A stretch of DNA of 64,000 bases, taken from the NCBI RefSeq assembly GCF_036321535.1, contig NC_087436.1, positions 8,370,001 to 8,434,000 of the forward strand. The letters run 5' to 3'. The notes under the pieces are model-generated. The model ran no database searches. It was not told the origin of the DNA and saw only the letters and a program-made list of their open reading frames with translations. This document shows positions 53,726-64,000 of this stretch, in pieces. Origin of the DNA: Camelus dromedarius. Lineage: Eukaryota. Every line of letters begins with the position of its first letter. Within the stretch, counting starts at the first letter, position 1. A program made the position numbers and the translations under genes.

Positions 53726-53832
53726 CATGCACAAGGTCCTGGGTTCAATCCCAAGTACCTCCATTAAAATAAATAAGCAGATAAATAAGTCTAAATACCT
53801 CCCTCCAAAACAAAAAATAAAACGTTAAAAAA
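53726..53832 (+). mobile_element. 5'-truncated tRNA-derived SINE
   Basis: B box 'gggttcaatcc'. Perfect 13-bp TSD agaaatctattcc (53713-53725 and 53833-53845). Confidence 0.9.
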
Positions 53833-55876
53833 AGAAATCTATTCCAAGTAAATAATCAGAAATTTAATGAGAGCCAGGCTAAGTCAGAGGACAAATATTA
53901 ACAATTAAATTTTCCTTTTTATTGGACCTTCAGTTTTACAATTTATGCCTTGATTTCGAAATTGGAAATATGTAATTGAGTCATGATGTCATGGAATTCT
54001 GACTGCACATTTGGAAATTAAAGTATAATAATAAGTTAATTTTAAATAAGAGAAGCATCATCAATTAATACTTGGTCAAATAGCAAAATCCACTCTTCCC
54101 TCATCATATTTTTAGCAAAATAAATAAAATCATGTGATTCTTAACTCATTATATTTCTCGGTGTAAAGAAAGTCATGTGTGTAGATGACATGTTTCCAGG
54201 ATGTACAAAGTCATAGCAAGTGGTTATTAAGTGACCACATACCTTTTAAGTATAAAGCAGACTGAGTTCTCACGGGAAAGAGAATTATTCCGTTCTCTCT
54301 GCTGAATTCTGAGGATCCAGTTAAGTATTTTCCTTAGCAGGTATTCATTAAAGTCTTGTTAAATCAATGAATTAATTCATGAATCATTTAGGAGAATTTC
54401 TTACTTTTCCTTTTACATTGGGAAGAGTGTTTTACCGACAGGAGAAACGGAGATGGTTGTTCAATGTGTACTTTACTATGGCTGTCAAATCATTCTGGAC
54501 ATCTGTTGTACCTACGTTCTTTGGGTGGATGGGTTTCTTTAGTCATTAATGTTTTAGATGCTAAGGCAGCCAGGAAGATGTGAGACTCCAAGAGTGCACT
54601 GAAATCTGGGGTGTGTAGTCGACACTTCCACAATCCATGAACAAGGGGGAAACTTACACTGCTGTCTGCAAGTTATGAGCAACTGACATGGGTCTCAGAC
54701 TGGTTTTAGTTTAAAGGTGACAGAAATTTTCCTACCTCAGAATAATGGTCTGATAGATTAATACACTAATTTTCTTTTCTCTGCCATTTAAATTCTGAAC
54801 ACACCAAAAGTATTTATTGGTTTTTTTTGCACATTCATTTAAGGTATTAGCAACTTTATGAAACTGTATTATGTTGAAATCAGAAAATTAGATTCAGCAG
54901 AAAATGGATTAAGGAAAATACAAAACTTGTTTAACCTAGGAGGGCTTTGATTGTGAGATGCTATGGAAAACAAGATTATTTAATATACCTTATGTTAATC
55001 AGTTTTATTTATTTGTAGTCACATACTACATTGCCTATTTACTAAAAATCTCCATCTAAACCAAGTTGGAATATTAATATAAATGTATTTGATGTATTTT
55101 GGACACATAGAATATTGAGTTTCATCGTGGTGCATATGTATTTGAAAAGTCATAACATCAGAACTTTGCATTTATCAAAGGACTCTTTTCACATCCTGTG
55201 GAATTTTTATTTCTTTTCCTTTTTCAAGAGAGTTAATGAAAAGCAGGAGAAAATTCAGAGCCAGATATATCACAGCAGCTGAGGAAAAGCAAACAGCTGG
55301 TACATAAACATGACTGTAGATTCATTAGATCATGAATATATATTCACACTTATCTGCCATTCCAAGGTGAGAAAACTTTTAGTTATTGTCAATGCCATAG
55401 TGTTGCAATAGCTCATTGGACCTGAAACTATCTGAAAGAGTATAAACAAGACATTGAAGGCATCCTTGAGGGGAAAAAAGGAAACAATGGGAGCTGAAGC
55501 CAGGAGAAAATAAAGCTACCCATATGGCTCTACAAATTACTGCCAAAAAAATAAATTCCCAGAAAATGTGATTGTCTTTATTATAGGGGTTGATTATTAT
55601 TCTAAGTACTTTGAAAATAATTCTCCTTTATCTGGAAATAGTTTAAGAAAATACTGCTCTTTTTCTGACTCAATATTAAACCCATACCCATAAACCTTAA
55701 ATTTTATAAGTACTAGCAATGGAAGAGGAGGAATAAGAATATTTAACTGAACTTAAGATAACACAAATGAATAAATATTACCTAAAAGCCCACATTTCTT
55801 TTTTTGGGAAAAAGTGGAGAAGAAATCATCTTTTAACCGATTATATACATATATTTTTGTATGCTAAAAATAAAAC

Positions 55877-56336
55877 ATTTTTTATTGAAGTGTAGTCAAT
55901 GTGTCAATTTCTGGTGTACAGCATTATGCTTCAGCCATATATATACATACTTATATTCCTTTTTATATTATTTTTCATTATAGATTACTACAAGACACTG
56001 GATATAGTTCACTGTGCTATATAGGAGAAACTTGTTGTTTACCTATTTTATATATGGTAGTTAGTATTTGCAAATCTTGAATTCTCAATTTATCCCTTCC
56101 CACCCCCTTTCCCCCCTGGTAACCATAAGATTGCTCTGTATGTCTGTGAGTCTGCTTCTGTTCTGTTAAAAAGTTCATTTTGTGCCTTGTTTTTTTTAGA
56201 TAACACATTTAAGTTGTATCATATGGTATTTTTCTTTCTCTTTCTGTCTTACTTCACTTAGAATGATGATCACCAGGTCCATCCATGTTGCTGCAAATAG
56301 CATTATTTTATTCTTTTTTATGGCTAAGTAGTATTC

Positions 56337-56400
<64 letters not shown>

Positions 56401-56762
56401 ATATATACATACACATACACACCATAAGTTTATCCAGTCATCTGTTGATAGACATTTAGGTTGTTTCCATGTCTTGACTATTATAAACCGTGCTGCTGTG
56501 AACATTGGGGTGCATGTATCTTTTCCAATTAGAGTTCCCTCTGGATATATGCCCAGGAGTGGGATTGCTGGATCATATGGTAAGTATATTTTTAGTTTCT
56601 TTTGGAATCTCCATACTGTTGTCCATAGTGGTTGCATAAATTTACATTCCCACCAACAGTGTAGGAGGGTTCCTTTTTCTCCACACTCTCTCCAGCATTT
56701 ATTACTTGTAGATATTTTAGTAATGGCTATTCTGACTGGTATGAGGTGCTACCTCATTGTAG
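55877..56762 (-). mobile_element. Young-type LINE-1, 5'-truncated (ORF2 C-terminus remnant plus 3' UTR)
   Basis: ORF 56308-56637 (-) reads [29 protein letters not shown]...CTPMF.AA.F...KTWKQPKC, the L1 ORF2p C-terminus. Confidence 0.93.
56342..56395. repeat. (TG)27 microsatellite inside L1
   Basis: Perfect dinucleotide run. Confidence 0.95.
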
Positions 56763-58970
56763 GCATAAAATATTCTTGTTAAATCACTAACTAAAACAGC
56801 TACACAATATGCACAGAAATTAATATAAACCATTGTTTAAATGAAAACATGAATCAATGGCATTTGCAAATAATGACTTGGATGCTCCTTAGAGAAATTT
56901 ATGTTATGGAGTAAATTTCTTGGGAAATAATTTCACCTGACTTTCCACTGTTTAGGAAGGAACAAATCACAAAAATGTATGTAAAAATGTATATTATTTT
57001 CATTTATTTTTCAGTACATAAGAGGTTCCATATTTGTTTCTAAACTTTTGCATAAAATATGTAACAACCTCAAAAGGTTGTTTTTCTAGAAACAGGATAG
57101 AGATTGTATATTCTACAAAAATATAAAACACTATGTCATATTGTTGGATGAAACTAGTCTCTGCCTATAAGTTTAACTGATTAAACTGGTTTCAGTTCAC
57201 ACATATCTGAACATATTCCATCTTTACTACTTAAGTATTTGTTTCAATACCCTCCTTCCATGGTTTCATTTTATTCTTTATAACATGAAAAATAGATAAA
57301 TTTACCACAATCCTAATTTACTTAGATTCTAAAATTGACTCTTAAAGGTCTCATATTAAATTCCTTAAGGGGAATTTAATTCAATTTTTTTCCTATTTCA
57401 ATACCTTTATTTTATATGTTGGTATTCTATAAATAGAAATTCAGATAGTCTCAATGCTAATGAATTTTTTTGTTGACCTATAGAAAGCTCTGAATACAGA
57501 ATGTTTCAAAATCTGCTGTTTTCATGTTTAGTGAATATAATGACTTTATTGTTATTTTTTTTTTGCCCAAAAATATTTAATGGAGACATTTGAAAACTAA
57601 TATTTTATCAAAATAATGCAAACACTTTACAATATTGGGGAAAAATTATTTTTTTTGCATCTAAATCTATTAAATCAAAATAGTTATTTTTAAGAAAAAT
57701 TGATTAAACACATTTTCTTCTAATTTACACAAAATTATTTGAGATCCATTATTTGCTATGTTAATTTTCAAATAAGTATTCAATAAGAATTTTGGTTCAT
57801 GCCAATTTTGATTTATAATGTGTACCATTGTGAATATTATTTTTGGTCCCTGAGTCCAAAGAAGACTTACTTTGCTGTCACAGATACAAATTTCATCAGA
57901 AGGCTTCATTCTGTAAAGTTTTAAGTACTAATTTTAGAGTATGTACTTTTAGACAACTTCAGTTTTACTTTCTGCTTATTTTTTCTCCATTTGTGGGTTT
58001 TTATTTTTATTGGTCAATTTTTGTGGTTTTCGGATTTAGAAATTATGACCCAGAAGTCCTTTTCTTATTTATAACAAATTTTACTGAAAGCAGCTTTAGA
58101 GGATGTCTCTTTTCTTTCTTTCTAGCATGAATTATCATTAGGAATGGAAAACAACTGTTATGTAGTAAATAATTTATAAGAGGTTAACCACCACTGATTT
58201 CTTTTCTAAATAAATATATTAGCAATGCATTTCTTAAATGCATTCCTGATAAGTTTGTGTCATGTATTAATTATTTATGCTTTAAATGTGATTAGAGGAG
58301 TCATAATAATCTCAAGGAACAGAAGCATTCTCGTTTCAAAGCAGATATGGTAGGTAAAAAATCAGCATGGAAAATGCCAGGATCAGGGCAATATGCTAAA
58401 CTCTTAGAATTCCAAGTTGCTTGCAGTTGGCAAAGTGGGTCATCTTAGAGATGTCATACAGAAAACAGTTCTTCAGTTTGAGGTGACAGTTATCTTTATG
58501 TCACTGAACCCAAGAGTTCCTGCAGTTTTCTGCTTCTGGGACAAACCAAAACTAACCAACCAAATAACTAATGAACAAAACAACTCTCCAGCTGCCCATT
58601 CACTAGAAAAAGAATTTGCTATAAAATTTGTGTTCCAACTAGCTCCTTCATATCTCCTTATTTTGCTTTACTCGAGTTTAAATCTTGGTTCTTTCTTCTA
58701 TTATTATATCATTTTGATAATAATGTGACTCAGCATATTTTTTCCTTTCTCACCTAAAACTAACAGCCATGACCTAAAAATGACTCCCTAGTAGTAATAA
58801 GCATATCTAACACCCAGATCTTTGTTTACAGTATCATTCTCCCATAAAAGTTTCCACAGCTTCTTAGAGAAATGACTACTTCTAGGATTGGGGCTGGAAA
58901 AATACACTATGAACCTGGAGCATGCTGGAGTTTCAGAAAGCAAGGAAGTGCTCAAAGGCAAAAACAAAAC

Positions 58971-59522
58971 ATATTGATGGGAGTGGGGCAAAGGGGCAAA
59001 GGGGCAACTGAAAGAGCTCACGGTGCAGTCGGGAAGAGCAAATCTGCCTGCGCAGTAGACCTGCTCCTCTGGCTCTGACCCTGTGCTCTGTGTCCTGGGC
59101 TCAGTCACACTGGTTCTGCGCCTTTTGTAACAGAATGTTGCCTACAGCCTGAAATAGACAGGAGGGCCCATTCTCAAGGCTCTGACTTTTAAGAGTGTAA
59201 CATTTTTCCTTTTGTATAGAGACAAAATGTTGCAGAACAGAGAGTAATATTTGGAGGTCTTACAGGGACACCGTGACCTGACCCACGTGGACGGCTGCAA
59301 GAACAAAGGATTTCAACACTAAGAAATATGCAACAACCAACCACACCCTCTCCCCTTTTAGTATAAAAGGACCCTGCATTCTGACTTGGGGAGCATGATT
59401 CTTTAGGACATCAGTCCTCCATCTTCTCTGTCTGTTGGCTTTCTGAATAAAGTTGTTATTCAAACCCCTCCCAATTTATTGGCCTGTCATGGAGGGAGCA
59501 GATCGAGTTTGGACTCAATAAT
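58971..59522 (+). mobile_element. ERV1-type solo LTR (family C), boundaries approximate
   Basis: TATA 'gtataaaagg', 'ctgaataaagttgttatt' and a U5-like end 'tttattggcctgtc...gagtttggactcaataa'. TSD not clear. Confidence 0.6.
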
Positions 59523-59529
59523 AGCAATA

Positions 59530-60378
59530 GTCAAAGCTATAAAAATTTGATGAAAAATTAAATAAAGTGGCATTGGATTATAACCCAAATTATAAAATAA
59601 ATATCCATAACTTTATACTGAGGTAAATAAAAGACTGAAAAATAAATACATGAGTGAGGAATGATAAATCTTTTATGCAGAGAATAAACAATAATTTATG
59701 CAAATACTTCAACCTCAGCAAGGTGAAGTGTAACTCACTACTCCTTGAAGGCAAGCTGTCCATAATGGCTTTCTTCCAAAGATAACAGTGTGGAAAAGGT
59801 GAGGTGGGGGAAAACAACTTCACAGTAGGGCCACCTGACAAATACTAGCTCAGGAAGGAGACCAAGGTCAACATCCACAATTATAAGTAATGATGGGAAC
59901 GTGTTTGCCTGATATGATGTGTGAAAATGGCGCTATCTGTCTGTGATCTTCCTCACAAAACACCATAGTTTCAATATAGTTATGAAAAATAAATGTATAA
60001 AATCCAGCAGAAGTGAGTCCTACTAAATATCAGACCAGCACTTCCCAAATCTAGCAAAGTCACAAAAGCAAAGTCAGAGAAACTGTCACAGACAAGACGA
60101 GCCCAAAAAGACATGACAATTAAATATAATGCATCCTGGATGAGATCCTGGAAGGGTAAAAGAAAGTTAGGTAAGAACTAAGGATATCTGAATAAACTAT
60201 GGACTTCAGTGGATGATTATATGTCAATATTGCTTAAATGATTATAACAAATGTAATATACTAATATAAGATACTGATGTTAGGGCAAATTTTGTACAGG
60301 ATTATTGAGAACTCTACACACTCTATTCAATTTGTTTGTAAATCTAAAACCATTTGAAAACCTAAACTATATTGAAAA
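59530..60378 (+). mobile_element. Old LINE-1 3' UTR (L1MC/MD-like)
   Basis: 'ttcttccaaagataacagtgtggaaaagg', 'gtcagagaaactgtcacagac', 'atcctggatgagatcctgga' and 'ctgaataaactatggactt'. Confidence 0.75.
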
Positions 60379-60471
60379 TACTATGGATTACTACTGTTAA
60401 ATAATGTCCCTGTGTGACATAATGTAAGTTGTGTAACCACAACTTAAATTCAAGTATTCAAGACACAGCTA

Positions 60472-60630
60472 GGGGAGGAGGAGGGTATAGCTTAGTGGTA
60501 GAGCACGTGCTTTGCATGCATGTGGTCCCGGGGTTCAATCCCCGATACCTCCTCTAAAATAAATAAACCTAGTCACCCTCTCCCAAAATAAAATAATTAA
60601 ATAATATAATAATAAATAAAATGTTTAAAA
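60472..60630 (+). mobile_element. tRNA-derived SINE, full length
   Basis: 'gggtatagcttagtggtagagcacgtgctttgcatgc...gggttcaatcccc' followed by AT-rich linker and tail. Confidence 0.9.
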
Positions 60631-60984
60631 ACAAACCAACCATGGTCTAAGTGGGATTAGTAGAAGCCATTTTATAGATTCTGTCACGCAGTAAATATTT
60701 TAGCAGTGACACAACCAGTTGCACCAAATATCTGTTCTCACTCTTTGAAGCATACTTACACCATGCTTGTCTATGCGCCATTAGATTGCAGAGATTAAGA
60801 ACTGAAAGTCTTCCATAGGGTAACTTATTCAGATATTACTTTAAAATTTCCTTATTTGAGACTTCTACTCAGGAGTAAAATGTAGTAGGCTGTGACAGGC
60901 AAACATTAACGATGGAAAAAAAAAAAACAAAAACTTGACAACTTACAGAACTTAGTTTTTTGCATTTACTATATATGTGTATTT

Positions 60985-63270
60985 TTTTTTAATTAACAGA
61001 TTTTATTTGTTAGATATTTTCCCCTATTATTAATAGTTTGAACTGATGTGTTACATTTGCTAAAACTGATGAACAAATATTAATATATTAATATTAACTG
61101 ATATATGTGTGTGTGTGTATATATATATACATATATATTTAGCATTAGCATTCACTCTTGGTGTTATACAGTTCTATGGGTTTTGTCTAATGCATAATGT
61201 CATGTATCTGCCACTGAAGTTTTCTGTAGAATAGTTTCACTATCCTAAAAATCCTCTGTACTTCACCTGTTTATCCTTCAATCCTTCTCCTAGCCCTAAG
61301 CAATCACTGATCTTCTTACTGTCACTGTAATTTTGCCTTTTCCAATATATCATATAGCTGTAACCATATAGTAAGAGGCCTTTTCAGATTGGCTTCTCTC
61401 TCTTAGCATCATGCTCTTAATGTTTCTCCACACCTTTTCATGGCTTGATAGCTCATATCTTTTTATTGCTGAATAAGATTTGATCGTGGGGAGATACATA
61501 GTTTGTTTACCCACTCACCTATTAAAGGACATCTTGATGGCTTCCAAATTTTGACCATTGTGAATAAAGCTACTATAAACATACGTGTGCAGATTCTTGT
61601 GTAGACATAAGTCTTTGACTCACTTAGGTAAATATCAAGGAGTGTGATTACTGGATCAGATGGTGAGAGTATGCTTACCTTTGTAAGAAATGGCCAAATT
61701 GTCTTCCAACGTGGCAAACAACATAAAAGTCACCCAAATCAAATATCAAAAAATTAATATTGTTAGTGTTTTAGATTTTGGCAATTCTAACAAACAGAAT
61801 GGTATCTCATTGTTATTTGTAATTTGTAATTCCTTAACAATATATGATGTTGAACATAGTTTCATATGATTATTTAACATCTGTATATGCTCTTTGCTGA
61901 AGTGTCATTCATATATTTTGCCAACTTTTTAATGGAACTACTTGATTTCTTACTGTTGAGTTTTAAGAGGTTTTTTTTGAATACAAGTACTTCATTATAT
62001 ATGTTTTGCAAATATTTTCCTAGTTTGTTCCTTGTCACTCTTTTAACATGATCTTTCAGAGAGGATACAGTTTTAATTTTAATGAGGCCCAACTAATCAT
62101 TTTTTCTTTCATTATCATGCTTTTAGTATTGTATCCAAAAAAACTCATTGCTTACCCAAGATCACCTAGATTTTCCCCTCTGTTATCTTCTAGAATGTTT
62201 ATAGTTTGTTTTACATTTAGTCTATAATTCATTTTGAATTAATTTCTATGAAAGGTGGAAGGCCCAAGTCTAGATTTTTTTTTTTTTTTTTGCACATGTA
62301 TCTCCAGATGTTCTAGTACCATTTGTCAAAATGATTATACTTTCCCCATTTGATTGCCTTTGCTCCTTTGGCAAAGTTTGGCTGACTGTATTGTGGTTCT
62401 ATTTCTAGGCTTTCTATTCTGTTCCATTGACCTGTCTGTCTTTTCACCAATATCATACTCTCTTGATTACTGTAGCTTTAGAGTAAGCCTTGAAGTTGGA
62501 TGGTACCAGTTCTTTGATGTTATTCTCCTTAAACATTGTACTGACTATTCTGGGTCTTTGGATTTCCATGTAGACTTTAGAATCAGTTTGTAGATATGCA
62601 TAAACTTGCTTGGGTGTTGAGGCTGTGTTGATTTTATAGATACCCTTGAGAAGACTGGCATCATAACATCAAAGAGTATTCATAAACATGAAATATTTCT
62701 CCACTTATTTATATCTTTTTAATTCATTTCATTATAGTCTTGCAGTTTTTTTCATATATATCTTATACATTTTTTGAGTTATATTTGCATTATTCATTTC
62801 ATGATGCTAATGTAAATGGGTTGTATTTTTAATTTCAAATTCAAATTTCAATTGCTCATAGCTATATATAGGAAAGTGACTTAGTTTAATTCCTTGTGTT
62901 TTGCAACCCTGCTATAATTGATTCTTAGTTTCAGGAATTTTTGTGAATTCATTAGGATTTTCTACAGAGACAATAATGTGATCTGTGAACAAAGACAGTT
63001 TTATCTTCCTTTCCAATATCTATACCTTTTATTTATTTGTCTTGTCTTATTGCATTGTCAAGGACTTTCAGTGTCGTGTTGAATAAGAATAGGGGAAGGT
63101 ACATTTCTTCCTTGTTTCTGAGGTTAACAGAAAACATCTATTTCTCACCATTAAGGGTGATGTTAGTTTTGTCAGTTTTATAACTTTTTTTGTAGATAGC
63201 CTTTATCAGGTTGAGAAAGTTCTCCCCCATACCTAGTTTGCTGAGAGTTATTTTCATAAATGAGTGTTGA
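60985..63270 (-). mobile_element. Old LINE-1 (L1MC-like) ~2.3 kb: 3' UTR and ORF2 remnants
   Basis: ORF 61463-61717 (-) reads WKTIW.FL.K....P.DP.I.LL.IY..E.KTYV....CTRMFI.ALF...K.WK...CP. Continuous antisense ORF2-like sequence runs to about 63270. Confidence 0.9.
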
Positions 63271-63479
63271 CAAAATTAAATTTTAAAAATATCAGAAGAT
63301 GGTAGAAATAATGAATACTAAAATAGAGAAATCAAATTAACTAAATGTAATTAAAATAGTAGAGAAGAAAGAAATCTCCATAAGTAATCTATCATCAGTA
63401 GACCTTTTCTCCCAAGTGGGAATTTGCCAACTCTCTGTGTGATATGATGATCAGATTTGCCCAGAAAGACAATCTCCAC

Positions 63480-64000
63480 TAAGGAGAGGAGAAAAGTTAA
63501 AAATCTTTAAAGTTACTTGGGACTAGCTTGACAGTTTGGAAACTAGTCAATCCGTAAAACAGGTCGAATTTACCCTGGGCTCATTTTATGAATTCTAGGG
63601 TGGCGCATCAAGTGAGGGGTCTGGATCAGAAAGACAAAGTGAAATCTCCTACAGTGTCACAGTGCTTACCATGCACACATTCCCTGATCCGGGGGCAGCG
63701 GGCTCAGGAAGAGCTGGCCACACAGCACAGTGAGTCTCTCCCTTGTGAAAATGTGTAGGATGGAGCGAAAGGGCCAAACTCCAAACCTGGGCAGGATAGA
63801 ATGGGGTCTTCTATAATCCATTAGCTCTGAGGAATCAGAAACCCCCTACGCTCTTAATCAAGAGACTGGGAAGTGCCTACACTTTGTGAACGAAAAATAT
63901 TGCCAGCCTTATCAGTAAACAAAGGATGCTGTGGCCATCAAGTCATCAGCCGTTACTGTCACCCCCGACAGCAAGCAGGAGGGAACTCAGGATGCAGACA
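63480..64000 (+). mobile_element. Probable old LINE-1 5' UTR region
   Basis: More GC-rich segment with 'gaattctagggtggc', 'actttgtgaa' and 'aaacctgggcaggatag', reminiscent of L1M 5' ends. Truncated by the window edge. Confidence 0.4.

Noticed and set aside
1..64000. Prokaryotic-style systems (CRISPR arrays, operons, defence islands)
   Set aside because: The sequence is clearly mammalian, repeat-rich, non-coding DNA with no regularly spaced repeat-spacer arrays or gene-dense ORFs.

Overview
AT-rich, CpG-depleted mammalian genomic DNA. It is most likely camelid (alpaca/llama/camel), inferred from about 10 copies of a short tRNA-Ala-derived SINE resembling the camelid Vic-1 type plus artiodactyl-type L1 3' ends. 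I find no recognisable protein-coding gene, RNA gene or CpG island, so the window is intergenic or deep intronic. The only ORFs with recognisable protein similarity are decayed LINE-1 ORF2 C-termini. A large share of the window is interspersed repeat: old and young L1 fragments, L2, MIR, SINEs, five ERV1-type solo LTRs, one MaLR LTR and microsatellites. Between the repeats lie unique blocks rich in homeodomain, POU and MEIS motifs that look like distal enhancers. The most notable unexplained structures are: (1) a 59/60-bp inverted repeat enclosing about 1.17 kb (36725-38016); (2) an L1 3' transduction bounded by a perfect 18-bp TSD (39239-39638); (3) a diverged 40-90 bp duplication in unique DNA exactly 2100 bp apart; (4) a twin-primed, 5'-inverted L1; (5) a 24-bp palindromic double-octamer site. 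The sequence does not support a claim of a new multi-gene system. Repeat family names come from recalled consensus motifs, not a database search, and boundaries are approximate unless a TSD is quoted.
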